Assembly (NCBI GenBank): GCA_028534125.1
Contig: CM052824.1
Coordinates: 59,954,001 to 60,018,000 of the forward strand
Direction of reading: 5' to 3'
From: Lama glama
Lineage: Eukaryota
Length of the DNA: 64,000 nt
Below the pieces are notes generated by a model. The model did no database searches, had not been told where the DNA came from, and worked only from the letters and a program-made list of their open reading frames with translations. This document shows positions 10,341 through 23,099 of this stretch, in pieces. Made by a program: the position numbers and the translations under genes. Every line of letters begins with the position of its first letter. Within the stretch, counting starts at the first letter, position 1.

Positions 10341-12845
10341 CCTGTTTCCTCTGGTTTCCGAGCTCCGGAGGCAGGCTGGTGAGCACGCGGCCTTTACAGA
10401 GAACCATGCACCCCACACTCACATGCACCCCCGCGCTCACCCCTGAGTCACGCTCACGGCCAGCCTGACTTCTGCTCGCCCCTGCACACGCCACAGCACA
10501 CGCACACGCGGGTGCACACACACGGAGTTCCCCGATCCCTGGTGCAGGCATCGGGGAGGAGGCTTCCACATGCTTCCACCCTCATGCCCTCCCCTCCCCT
10601 GATTTCCCGCATCCTCTTCCTTTGTGAAACCTCGAGGTGTGGTCCACATGCCCCGAGACGCCCCTGGGGTGGGTGACGAGGGCTCACGGAGCTGCGCAGC
10701 GTGCCTGGGGAATGACCTGTGTAGCTCGTTACTCTGGTTGGGGAGGGGACACAGGAGAGGGCATGCAGGGAGGTGGCCAGCACAGTCCCTCTGAACCGGG
10801 ACCCTCCCCGGGGCCAGGCGGCGCCCAGCTCTTCTCAAGGGGGCCTGGCTGCTAGCTGGGAAGTTCTTACTGTCACAGCGGGGGCATGGGTGAGCTGGCC
10901 GGGACCCCTGAGTCACCTCAGCTTGGGGAGAAGCCTTCGGAGGGACAGAGGGAATCTAAGATCTCGGTCTCCTCGCAGGGGACCCTCTGTGCGGTGCTGT
11001 GTCTGCTGCAGGGATGGCAGCCGGCTTCTCACCACGTGAGGTTCTCCTGTGGACACGGCTGCCCCGCTCAGGATCAAGGCAGACAGAAGCAGACTCTGCT
11101 CCAAGAGGGTGCTAACAGCGGCCTGGGGCCCCGGGAACAAGCCTGTGCCCCAGGAACGCGGGCACCCCGCAGCCCTGCCCGGAGGCAGCCCCAGCCGTGG
11201 CTTTGCAGAGCCACGCTCACCTCGCACGCAGACTCCCCCCACACATGTGACCACGCGCACGACCCCATCTGTGTCTGAGTTGGACCACGCAAAGGCCAGA
11301 GCCTCGTACTCAAGTCCCAGAGCCCTGTAGGGTCCGGTCCTTAACAGACAGCCATTTATTCTCCTGTCTCGGCCCAATTTACATTCCGTATGATTGGGCC
11401 CCTTGCCATTTTACTGAGGGGCTGTAGTTCAGCTCACTGACAGGAGAGGGCGTGAGGGTGCCCTCCGCGTTGCTCTGCATCCAGGAAGGAGGAAGTAGGT
11501 TTCTCAAGAGATGGCACCTGGCCGCCGTGGCTTTGAGCACGAAGCACCCTCCTCTAAGGGACAGCCTTGCTACTCCCTTCAGAGTCTCCCGTCACTCATG
11601 CCCGTGTGCTGCTGCCTGGGGCGATGGCTGCCCGGGGCGCCCAGCTGTGCGGCCAGAGGCCGTAAGCCCATCAGTCTAGCCCGCCTGGTCCTGCCTTTTC
11701 TTCTTCCAAGTGTGGGCAGAGGACCCCAAGGCTCAGCGGAGAAGCGGTGGGAAGCCATGGGAAATGCACGTCCCTGCCCCTGGACGTGGCTTCTAGTGCC
11801 ATGTGGGTGGGCTGGGGTGACACCGAGGAATGCCCCCCCCCAGGACGGGAGCCGGCTGAGCTGGGCTGAGCCTTGGCTCTGCCTCCACGTCGGGGAAGCC
11901 AATATGGCCCCTGGGCCTCAGTTTTCCCAACTGGCCATTGAGAGGGGAGATCAAACAAGAGCTCAGAGCCCTCCCATCCCCAGAGCCAGGGGCCAGCCCG
12001 CAAGCGTCCATCCCCACCGCACCGTGGGGGGCTTCCCCCATCTGCCCCACAGGCCCCCTCAGCTCTCCTGGGACCAGGAGGCAGGCCATCCCCTCTGCCC
12101 AAAGGCTAATGCTCCTGAGTCGGAGGAGGCTGCACCCTTTGGAATAAATGCCCGAGCTCGTCAGAAGAAGACAGCGGCCGCTCCCGACTCGTCCTTCAGA
12201 TGCTGAACCTCCTGCTGGCTCCTAACTCCCTGTCCCTCCCTGCCACCTGTCCTCCACACCCGACGGGGCCACACGTCCAAGCCTCCTCCCCGGGTCGCGC
12301 TGGGCGGTGGGGAGCACAGGGCTGAGGCCTGGGGAGCAGCGAGACCCCTGGTGCTGCTGGCCCGGCTCACGCTGGATGCCACCGAAAGCGCTTTTGCTGC
12401 CCGGGTCCTGGAGGAACCCTCTCCTCCCGGCTTCCCCGACGGACATCAAAGCCGGACCCACAGGTCAGAGTTCCCGGCGTCACTCCAAACATCATGCCAC
12501 GTTTGCAGCCACTCACGGTATTAAAAATGTAAATGCATTAATTGCGGAGCTCGGGGCCTCATTTTTCACTCACAGGTGCATTTTTCCAAGGAAAGCGGGG
12601 AGAGGGCCGGCCGCCACTGCGCCCCGTCGGCGCTGTGGCTTCTCTTCACGCCGCAGCTCTGTCAGGGAGCGGGCGAGCCCCTCCTGGGTTCCCGCCCGAC
12701 GACGCTCGGGGCTGACACGCCGACCTCTTGTGACGCGCAGTGAGGAAATGCGGCTGTTGAGATTCCCCGCCTGCAGGGGGTTCAAGGCCCGGAGCGTTTG
12801 TCTGGCAAAGAGGGAGCCAAGAACCCTGAGGTGGAGAAGAAATTA

Positions 12846-12940
12846 TACACACGACACACACACACACACACACACACACGCCACACATACTGACACACAC
12901 ACACCGCACACAGGCACGCCTACCATTTACACACACACGA
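12846..12940. repeat. Imperfect (CA)n microsatellite
   Basis: A long pure (AC)n run followed by degenerate ACAC units. Confidence 0.9.
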
Positions 12941-12959
12941 TGTGTTGACACTTCTTCCC

Positions 12960-13610
12960 CCACGTTTTCTGGTTTAAATTGTAGAAGAAGAAGAAGAAAA
13001 ACGACATGGAAAAAAGTGAATTTGAACCAGATCATTTTCTTAAACGCACGCACAGCGACACCCAAATCCCTCAGGAACAGGACCGCGTCTGAGAAGGCGG
13101 CAGGTCACCAGCCCGTTAGGACGGAGCAGAAAGGGGCAGGGGAGACGCTCTTACTTCAGTTATTAAAAGTCCTATATGTGACTTCCCTTGTAATTGAATT
13201 TCACCGCATAATTTAAGAAAAGCCGCACAAAAAAAACTTGTAGTGAAAAACTGGGGTATAATTTTCTTCAATCAACTCCGGCTCATGACTGCAATTACCC
13301 CAAGCCTTTGCGAGCCTCGCTGTGATGCTCCGGGGACGGGCCTTGGAGCCGCCGTGGGTGGCGTCCTTTCATGTGCCTCTCAAACCGTTCTTTATTGTAA
13401 GGTTTCAAATTAGCGCTAGCAGCAATGAGCAAATTTGATAATTCGATCTCAAATTAGTTAATGTAGTGTGCCAGTAACCGCTAACTAGAGCATTACAAAG
13501 AGGAAAATGTATCTTTTTGGAGTTGGGATATAAAGTTAACCAGCCTGTCATTTTGCCTTCGGAAACTTCTTGGGGTCTTTATGGAAAGGAAATAATCCCA
13601 TGAGCAACGC
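12960..13610. promoter_or_regulatory. Large putative conserved non-coding element(s)
   Basis: About 650 bp of mostly AT-rich unique sequence without recognisable repeat similarity; many TAAT/ATTA cores, CATAATTT, TTTATTG, TTTATGG and CTGTCA (MEIS-type). Confidence 0.55.
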
Positions 13611-14939
13611 TAGTGGTGGACGAGGCGGGGGGGAGGCCGGGCCATGTGCGCAAGCTCAGGGCGGTGATGCTCGCCCTGCCTGGCCTGCCCGCAGAGGGCT
13701 TCCCCGGGCGCTGGGTCTGGAGGCCACAGCCCGTCAGAGGCTCCGCGAGGAGCTGAGAGGCAGGAGGGATCCGCCCCCACGGTGGCTCCGCCGTAGGGAG
13801 TCAGGTCCTGAAGGGCAAGTGGGATGTGGACGGAAGCAGGATGCTGCGGGGAGCCCAGGGGCACCCAGCCCTGGAGATGTCCCACGTCCCCGCACCTTCA
13901 CCCCAGCACCCTGTCCGCCCAGGCCCGCGCCCAGCCCAGTCAGGGAGACGGCCCCAGGAAACTGGCGCCCAATGTGCACCTGGTCGTCAGCTGGGATCCC
14001 CCAGGGGGTCAGGGAGGGTCTGGCTAGGGGGGCCCTCCGCCTCGTCTCATCCCCAACAACCCTCAGGGAAGGGCCTGCCACGTGCAGGAGCAGGCAGCCT
14101 GGGGGCAGGCACCCCTTGCAGCAAGTGGCCAGAGAGACGGTCCACCCAGCGGTCGCACGGTCAGAGGGGTCAGGAGGGGGCGCTCCCCAGTGCTTTCTGG
14201 GCCCCAGGCCGCGGGGAGCCGCTGGCCTGTGTCTGGGTCATCACTTCGCGGCTGCACTGCGTCTCTGCACCCCTGCTTCCCACGCAAGTATCCCCGCTTC
14301 CGGCTGCACCGCCGGCCCCCCTCCCCCCAGCCCCTCACTCCCCTGGGGCCCTCCAGCACGTGGTGTCTGTCCTTGGTGCTCAAGCAGCTCTCAGTCTTCC
14401 CTGGAAGCTGAATGGATGTGCAGTGAGGCCTGAGGGGTCCGAGCTCTTTCAGACTGGACCTGATCCTTGCCTTGGAAGAGGGAGGTTTCCCTTGGAACAA
14501 GATGCTAACTGCCCCCATGTCCCCCACGGTGCAAGGAAAACCCAGTAAGTAAAGCGGGAAGGAAGGGCTGGAAAGACCCCGTGGCCCTGAACTTGCTGCT
14601 TTAATCAGAGCTGAGAGGTCCGTCCCGCCCCCACCACCCGCCCCCAGTCAGTGACAGCCGACTCCTGCCTGAAACGGTTTAAAAGGAACAGGAGCCGCTC
14701 TTTATCTGTGTGGCCTGAGCCCATTTACTCCGGGAGAGAGCCCCAGCCCCTGTCCGGCTGAAAGCCACGGCTTGTTCTCTCATCTGATGGATGAAAGGAA
14801 TCTGGAAGCCTGATACTGTCCCCTGAGATGTCATTCAAATCCTCCGATACCTTCTCCAGGCAGGGCCACCGCCACCGGCCGACGCATCCCCCGCCCCCGC
14901 CCCCGCGTCCCGGGCCCTCACCTGGGAGGAGCCGGGCTC

Positions 14940-16170
14940 TGATCAATAGAGAGAAGAGTGGCAGGAGGGGGGGGGTCGCTCTGCGACTGGTGGCCGGGAA
15001 GTAAAAACGTGATTAGGAGCGAAGTCGCTGGGGATGCTGCAAATTGGAGCTCTTTGAAACCAGCCTGGGCAGATCCGCTTTCCTTCACGCGGGGGTTCTT
15101 GTCAGTTTTCATGGAAAGGAAAAGATGAAAAATGCAGCAGACAAAGCTTGCGGCCCCTCCTCTCCGGCTGCACAGGGACAGCAGCAACGTTCTCTCGGCT
15201 CATTAAAAAAGTCCAGCGAAGAGCAACTGCTAAGTGCTTCCTCTTAAAGAGAACAAAGGGAAAGCGGCGGGTCTGAATGGTTCTTACTGATGGCTTACAA
15301 ACGTGCCCAGTCCTTCATCGAGCTCTTCCTTGCCAGTCCTCCTTGGTTCCCTTCCAAACATCCCTTCCACCGCAGTCCTCCCCAGCCCGAATAATAATTC
15401 AAACAAACTTTAACATCTATCGATGCAGCATTCCAGGGTGATGGATTTGCCCCTCTTCCTGAAATTCAAATATAAACCCCCAGCCTTCTGCAAAGTAACC
15501 GTGGCAGCTTGATTTATCTGGGCTGCTGCAGGGTTGCCCTGTAGACTTTCAAAAACTTGGAAAGGGGAAGAATGCGGGGAGAGGGAGGGGAGCGAGGGGG
15601 GAGGGGGAGCGGGTGGAGAGCGGGAGAGGCTGGAGCGAGGTCCCTGCCGGCCCTGCCTGGGCTGCCATCCTGCCCCACGGGAGCGGCGGCTTCCCTGAGA
15701 GCAGGGGAGGGAGGGGGCAGGAGGGGACTTGGTTCAGAGCAGTCCGCGCGCTCAGTCAATCCGTCTTTCCCCGGATGTCGCTAATCTGCACATTTCTCTT
15801 CTTGTGTGATGTTACCATTGCTTCATCATAAATGGGCTATGAAGACATTGGGAGCTGCTACTGTTGTAATCTATCCAAGATGAATAGGGGCGAAGGCTGC
15901 AATAAACTCCCCGCTTCCTGTCCCATCTGTCTGCCAGACTGCGGCTGCAGGTCAGGGCCATCCTCCCTCCAGGCTGGTAATTGCGAAAAACGAAGCAGCT
16001 GAACCCAAACCGAAGATCAAAGGGCCCAGGAGGAGGCAAGGAGGGGGCGCTTCGCTGAGAACACGCTGGCCACGGGGGCGAAGGCGATTAGGGGAGAAAC
16101 AAAAACACGGACCTCCACCTTCCCCGTTAACAAAGCGAGGGAGAGGAGAGCGGGCAGATAGGCTCTGCTC
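14940..16170. promoter_or_regulatory. Putative regulatory hub/alternative promoter with polypurine tract and TCF/LEF sites
   Basis: Repeat-free and CpG-retaining. GA-rich tract about 15560-15630; AGATCAAAGGG at 16014-16024; TGATTTAT at 15510-15517; minus-strand donor-like sites after 15299 and 15288. Confidence 0.5.
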
Positions 16171-16549
16171 CCGCGCTGGCGCGAGGCGCCCAGGCACTGG
16201 GATGCAGTCCTGGGTCCATCCTTGTCCTCATCCCCTCCAGCCCGCAAGCCCCCTCTGCCATCTGATCAGCCACACGTGCAAGAAAACCCCTCAGCCTCCG
16301 TGGAGAGACCCCCTCCGCCTTCTCTCTGGGGCCAATTTAAAAACCGTGGCCCAGACGCACTGTCCTCCTGTCCCCAAACGTCCGCCCCCTCCCACACGGG
16401 GACATCCTGGCCCCCGCACCCGCCACTTCCCGGGCCGCCCCGGGACCCGGGCTTCCTGCCCTTAGATTTAGGTGCCCCAGCCCCCGCGAGGGAGGGCGTC
16501 CCACTGGAAGAGGACGCTGCTGAAGCTGCTTCTCAGGGTCCCCCGCTCG

Positions 16550-16805
16550 GTGACTCATTAATTACATTTTATATTCACAGGGACAAAACTCTGCCACCAG
16601 CCGGTGCTTCCCCCCACCACCGGCAATAAATCGTAGCCAGGAGTGCTAACAGTGTTCACATTTACTCCTATTAATTCTTCCTGTTTCTGGATGCTGGGCC
16701 AGGTCCAGACTCGCGGCATTACAAGCTTTCCTGCTGGAGAAGCGAGGCCTCTCGGCTGCGTTCCAGTTATAACTGGCAGCTAATACCTTCACACATTCGC
16801 AAATC
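16550..16805. promoter_or_regulatory. Putative enhancer island
   Basis: TGACTCA (AP-1) abutting TTAATTA, plus CAATAAA and ATTAATT in an AT-rich unique stretch. Confidence 0.4.
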
Positions 16806-17619
16806 CCAGAGCCGCCGGGGCAGGGGGAGCTCGGGGTTTGCCGGGGTCAGCGGATGGCTGCGCTCAGGGCCCCCGGGAAGTGAGCGGGTCCAGCCCCCGA
16901 GGGGGCGGGCCGAGTGGGGCCCACGCAGCCTCCAAGGTTTCTAATTTTGGAAAACAGTTTCCATTCCTATTTTATTTTTCCTTTCCTCTTCCTTCCTCTC
17001 TCACCTGGATGCCGGGCCGGGGGAAGGGGAGGCAGGGATCTGCAGGGGGCCGTGCGCGGTGGTCCTCCCCAGTGCTCCTCCTTTCCCGACCTGCCTGGGG
17101 CCATTTACAAGTTCACAAGCGGCCGGACTCTTTCCTCACAAGGGCTTCTTGTAAATTCAGCGCCAGGCATGAGGGTGCTGGGCTGCCCCATCTGACTCAC
17201 CGCTTCAGCGATGACTAATCGTTACAGCGAACATGGACCCAGCTCCGGCCGTGCTGGGGCGGAGTGGGTCTCCGGGAGGGTTTCCGAGACGGCTAGCAGT
17301 TAAATTCCTCTACAACTACTGCTCCCGCCTCGGGGTCTAAGCCCTCGTGGGCACAAAGCGGAGGACGAGGCAGCAGCGGGAGCCACGTCCTCTCCACCGC
17401 CAGCTCCTCGGGACGGGCATTCACTGCACAGGGCGGAGGGCAGACAGCGCGTGGCCCCTTCCCGGGAGAGCCTGGGCCTCCGGGGCCCAGCGCCCGCGGG
17501 GCTTCCAGGACGCGCGCCCAAGGGCCCTCAGCGTGCGCGTGGGTGCACACGCGTGTGCCCGTGCGTTCTGAGCAGCCGTTCTCCCATAGGTCAGGATCAC
17601 ACGTGTTCCAGATCCAGGC

Positions 17620-17760
17620 ACACTTTTCAGAAGTTATTTCTGGAAAAATGTTGAATCTCATAACAGCAATAAAAGGAAAACAGCAGCGCAGCCAACATAA
17701 ATGTCTATTTGGAACATGCTTGAAAAGCATCGGAATATTTGTGTAAGTTTGAAATTCCAG
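17620..17760. promoter_or_regulatory. Putative enhancer island
   Basis: AT-rich unique island with CAATAAAA and CATAAA (posterior HOX/CDX-type) motifs. Confidence 0.35.
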
Positions 17761-18734
17761 CCTTCAGAGGGGAGCGGCTTGGCCGTCGGTGGGCTTTGGG
17801 GAAAGGCTGGAGGGTCCGTTTCCGAAAACACCTTGTCCATTTGCTGTCCGGACCCGCTGGCCCGGGGCTCCTGGATGGGCTCACGGAGCTTTCCACTGAG
17901 GGAGCGACACCAGCGTCAGACGCAGCAAAGCCCAGGGAAGCGGGGCTGCCGGCGGGTGGGTGGCTGGTGGGGGAGTCTGGCCTCCACGACCAGCCTCTTG
18001 TCCCACGGGGTCCTGTGGTCCTGCGGCCTGGGGCCAGTCCTGCTCTCCCATCAGTCAGACCCCTGCTGCTCGCCAACCCGATGGCTTCCTCACTGGGGCC
18101 CTGCACGGACTGCAGGCTCTGGTGCGAGGTGAGCGTGGGAGCAAGCAGAGAAAAGCCTGGGGGGGACGCGGATGCCGGTGGCACCACTGATGCCTGCCGA
18201 GTGCCTGAGACCAGCTGGGTTGAGCAGAGGCCCTTGCATCCATGATCTGGTTCAGCGCCAGCAGCGCCAGGGATCCTGAGTGCTATCCCGAGCCGCACAA
18301 GGGGATGCAGGGCAGGACCAGAGCCCAGGGCACCTCTCCAGGGTGGGCAAGCTGGGCTTCGAACCTGCTGTCAGCCTGCGAGGCCTGGACCTTGCTGGCC
18401 GGGAGCCAACCCCCTGAGACTGGGGAGGGGCTGTGCAGAACAGACACTCGTGGCTTCCCGGCCCTTCTGGGCCCAGGGGCGAGCGAGGCTCTGTCTGCGA
18501 GGCAGATGGTGAATTCAGGTGTCCCTGGTGGGAGGCGGGATGGAACTGGGGTCATTCTCCTGGGACGAGAGACCAGCTGGGCTGCCGGGGACCGGCAAGG
18601 GCGGGGTCCAGCCTGTGGACCAGCCTTGGAGGAGGGTGGACAGCAGCCCCTTGCCCAGCGGGGTCCTGTGGTCTCAAAGCCCGGTGTGTCCCACTGCTCC
18701 CGCCCTCCCTGCCATGCCCCCCAGGTGGGCTCTG

Positions 18735-18800
18735 GGGACCGCTCTGTGCCTCAGTTTACCCGTCGGTTAGGAGGTCAGGTGAGGGTTAAATGAAGACCAT
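18735..18800 (+). mobile_element. MIR fragment
   Basis: CTCTGTGCCTCAGTTT..GTGAGGGTTAAATGA, a MIR core with internal deletion. Confidence 0.5.
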
Positions 18801-20661
18801 CTCTGCCAGGCTTGGCCCGATCTGGACCCGTGAGTGGCCTGTGATGACTCCTCCTCCCTTTCCCGCTGCACCTCTGACTTCCCTGAGACCTGCCCACGGG
18901 GCCTGAGGATCGTGGCCTGGAAGGTTCCCGGAGCCAGGACCGTGCCTTGGAGCCGTGGGCACAGGGCAGAGGGAGGCAGATACACCGGAGGGCTGGCGTC
19001 CAGGCGATTTGAGGGAGAAAGAAAGACTCTCTCTCTGGACTTGCCTCCTCCTGTTTGCTTCCAAAAGTGAAAGAAAGCAAGAGAGAAAACGTAGACACAC
19101 CGCACCCACTTTTTGGGAAAAACAGCAAAGACGCGTGCCCGGGGGGGAGCGGCGCTAACACTGCAGGACTGTTGCAGGAGGTCTGGTTCTTGTTAGCAGG
19201 CGACTGCCCGGTCCCTGCGCAGGACAGGGCGCCCGCCCTGAGGGTTAACCCCTTCCCGCCCCGCTGCCCTCGCCCATGAACGCACGCAGCGCGGCATGCA
19301 AGGCGGCGGGGGGTCTCGGGCCAGGCGCAGTGGAGGACCCCTCCGCCACCAACGACAGCTCTCGCTAGAGCTCACGTACGCATGGGCACACGCATGCACA
19401 CGCATGCACACACACGTCTGCACACTGGGACCTTCCTCCCCGGGGCTCTCACTTGAGGTTCGGCAAAGAGTCACTAAAATAATTGAAGGGTGGGACACAG
19501 CGGGGCGGAGGGGGCAGGAGTGAGGGTGGCGATGAGGAGGCAGAGGGGGTCTGGGTGGGGTCACACCAGGTCCCTGCGGGTGAGGTGGGCTTGCAGAGGA
19601 GGGGCTGTCAGTGGCACTGGTCACCTAGCAACCCCGCTGGTCGTAGCTCTGTCCCGGGAGAGCCTGACCTCACCGGCCGGGTTTGGTTGGGACCTGCAGG
19701 CAGCTCAGGGACCCCTGGGGTTGTGAGGCCAGGAGCAGCCAGTGCCTAGGGGAGGAGGCTGCGTGCTGTGGCCCCACCAGGCAGCCACTGCCTTACTTAG
19801 CTGGGGAGAGGGCGCGTGGGGCACTGCTGGGGCTGCGGTCTCCCCGCTCGGACGGGTGGTGGGATCCCGAACTGAAAGGCTGGCTCACTGTGGGCTCTTG
19901 TCTTTGGTTCACATCTGAGCAGCCTTCACCCACAGTAACTCCGCCACCCTCCCCCAGGGCCGCTATGGAGGGGGCGTCCATGTGATGCCCGCTTTACAGA
20001 AGAGGGTGTGACTATCCCGGCCCTCAGCTGGGCAGGGGCAGGCAGAGCCCCAGCCTGGGGCCCTGGGCCCTGAGCATCGGGGCGCTGAGCTCTGCTGGAA
20101 AGTCTCCAACCAACACGGACCTGCCCATGTGACAGTATCCCAGCTTCGTATTTTAAAACGTGCCTTTTTATGTGTGAGGACGCAGAGGGCGGACACACGG
20201 GGGACAAGGGAAGGCACGCCTTGGGGAGCTCTTGTCCGCAGGAAGGGAAGGGGAGGCCTTCAGAGTGGGATCCGGGTGCTGGGGGGACGGCGTGGGGGTC
20301 GGGGGGGGCAGAGGGCCAGTTAACCTCAGTTTCTCCCCAACCTTGGGGTGAAAACCTGGGGTGGGGACGAATCGGGGCTGGGGGCGGTGCAGACGGGACC
20401 TGGGGCATCGGGCGGGGGAGGGGGGTTGCTGGTTGCTTGGTGTTTCCTAAGGAGGCGCCATGGGGGCTTGGCCGTTGTGAAAAGAAAGAAAACCAGGCCG
20501 GTGGACAAACACGTGGCCAACACGAGAAGGTGGAGATTTGTACCCAGATTCGAGTCCCTCTCCCAGGACCAACCCCCAACCTCAGCCCACGCCCGCGCTC
20601 CCAGTTACCACCTCCTGGTGGGGGGCCGTGCAGGGCCGGGTCTGCAGATACCGCCCATCCG

Positions 20662-20778
20662 TGGGGGGACCAACCCCAGCTGCCCTGCTCGGCAGGTGGC
20701 TGAGGGGTTTTCTGGGACGCGGGACATTGAGCGTTAAAATCAGGACAGTCCTGGGCAAGCAGGATGGTTGACTGCCTA
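20662..20778 (-). mobile_element. MER81 (hAT-Blackjack) MITE
   Basis: GACCAACC..CTGAGGGGTTTTCTGGGACGCGGGAC..TAAAATCAGGACAGTCCTGGGCAAGCAGGATGGTTG..CCTA matches MER81 with degenerate terminal inverted repeats. Confidence 0.7.
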
Positions 20779-21139
20779 CCGAGGTCACGCACAGCGGTGT
20801 GGCATCCGGGCCACAGCGCTGGGCAGGGGGAGGGAAGAGGCCGCCAGGCTGGGGAGGGCGTGACACTGCCCGGCAGTCAGAGTAAGGGCACACAGGACCG
20901 TGAGGCGAGGCCCCAGGGCCCAGGGTGAGGGGGATCGGGGGGTGAGGCTGGAGCCCGGGAGAGAGCTCGGGACTGTGGGCGAGGCCACGTGTGCTCCCCC
21001 ATCCCCTCCTGGGGATTTTGCAGGCGACCCCTCCCTCGGAGAAGGCCAGCCGGCAAGATGCAGGCAAGAGGACCGTGTGAGGCCAAGCCACGGCAGCCCA
21101 GGCCAGCGCCCCCCAAACCATACCTCACCCAGCCTTCTG

Positions 21140-21300
21140 CCTGTTGCATGAATTGCATCTCAGCACAGCCGTCTTAAAAACACAGTTATTGTTCAGGGCA
21201 AACATTTTTCTGCGGAATCGTGAAAGCTTCTAAAACATCCTACGTCCATGTGCAGTGATTTTCACAGAGAAGATCTCCGTCAGCGACATTTGTCCGTCGC
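21140..21300. promoter_or_regulatory. Putative enhancer island
   Basis: AT-rich unique stretch with TGCATGAAT (POU-like) and TTATTGTT (SOX/FOX) motifs. Confidence 0.3.
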
Positions 21301-23099
21301 CACGTGGCTACGTACGGGGTCAAGTCCAGCCTCCCTGAATCCCAGGCCATTCAGGGCCTGAGTCGCTCTGGACCGCGAGGTTTTCCAGGTGACAGGGGGC
21401 TGTCCCTTTGGGCCACTCAGCTCTTTAATGTGGAAAACTTCTCAAGCACGTGCCTGTTCCTCGCCTTCTTAAATAAGAGGGCGTGCTCTGTGGCCGTCCT
21501 AGCACCCGGACCATCCTGAACTGCGGGTGCTGGGCTGCCCCCTCCACGCGCGCCCCGGGGGCCTCAGGGTGCATGACGCCCCGGGCATGTGTGTCCCTTC
21601 TGCTTCTGATCTGCTGGAGGCAGAGACCTGGGAAAACCGAGCTGGCTGGACGTGTTGGGATCTGGAGGGAAGGCATGCTGAGCCGGCCCTTCCGGCAACA
21701 GAGGAGCTCGGTGCCAGGGACACCCCTGCCTGCAACTCGGGCATGTTCCCAAGCCGGTGGTGGGACACCCAGCACGCGAACTTGCAGAGAAGGTGGGAGG
21801 GCTCTCCTTGGTCTACCCTGCGCCCGCACAGGTGGGCGAGCAGGAAAGTGCTTCCTGGAATGACCAACAAACGAATGGGGAGCCGGCAGGGGGCACCTGC
21901 ACCTTCCTGCCCAGAGGGGTTTCCCCTCCGTCTGGGATCCCAGCCCCGGTCCAAGGGGTGTGGTCACTGGAGGCCTGGGTTCTGCACAGATGAGGCACCC
22001 GTGTGATGTGGACCTGAGACGCTCACAAGGGACAGAGTCCCGTCTGCTCTGCACGTCCCTCCCCCGCCCCAGCCACGTGTCCTGCCCCGACCGACTGTGG
22101 GCTCTGCTGCCAGGGGGGGTGCGGGGGGGCTCGGCCGCACCAGAGGTTCATACTGCCTGACGAGCTGCAGCCAAAGCCAGGAGCTGCACGTGAGTGTCCA
22201 CGAGCAAGAACGCCAGCAGGGAGCGGGAAGGAGCGGAAGGTCTGCGTAGACCTAACCACGCAGCTGGACGGTCGCCAGCGACCAGGCCCCGGCCTTTAAA
22301 CCCCCAGCAGCTGGCAGTGCGGGGGGACGGGGACGCACTTCCCTCCCCGGCCGGCCGGGCCCCAGCTCTTCCTGGGTCTCGCCGGGCGTGAGCTCCGCAC
22401 GCGGCTTCCAGCAGCCTCTCAGCTGCAGTTCTGCTATTTCAAAGTGTCCGTGGGCACCTCTTCCCGGTGGCTCCTTTGTGAACGTTAATGGTCATGGTCT
22501 TGCACAAAAGGACCGAGATGCTTCACTGCTGCTTGGAACACGGGCAGCCTTCCTCGTCGGATTCCTTCCAGCCCAGAGCATCTCGGATGCGTGTTTATTT
22601 ATTGCCCAGGGCTGCTGGGCCTGGACGAGCCTTCCTCAATAGGATCAATTCTAGGGCCCAGAGTGCAGAGGTCCAGAGGGGACCCTGTGCTCTGAGGCCA
22701 CCCTGTCCTCTCTGGAGAATTCGGCACCTTGCTGGAGGGACAGGGAGAGACAGTCAGGTTCCATCAGACCAGCTCCTGGCGCAGCTGTCTTGCAGGCACA
22801 TGGAGGACCAGTCGGGGGCGTGGCCAGGACCGGGCTCTGTCTGGTCCCCCTCACTCGGAAAGCCTGCTGAGGCCGGCAGTTCTGCAGCACGAGGGTGAGA
22901 TGCAAGGCTCTGTTCACACAAGCCAAGGTGGGCATTTGTCCTGATTTCAGCAGACAAGACCTGTCCAGAGAAAGTTCCATGGGAAACTGCCTCTCCTCCT
23001 GCTCTCTGGAGGGTGACCGTCCCCACCCAAGCCCTCAGCTATGCTCCTGCAACATGATCCCCAGGCCTCCAAAGCTGGCCCCCCACGGTCCTGTCAGAA

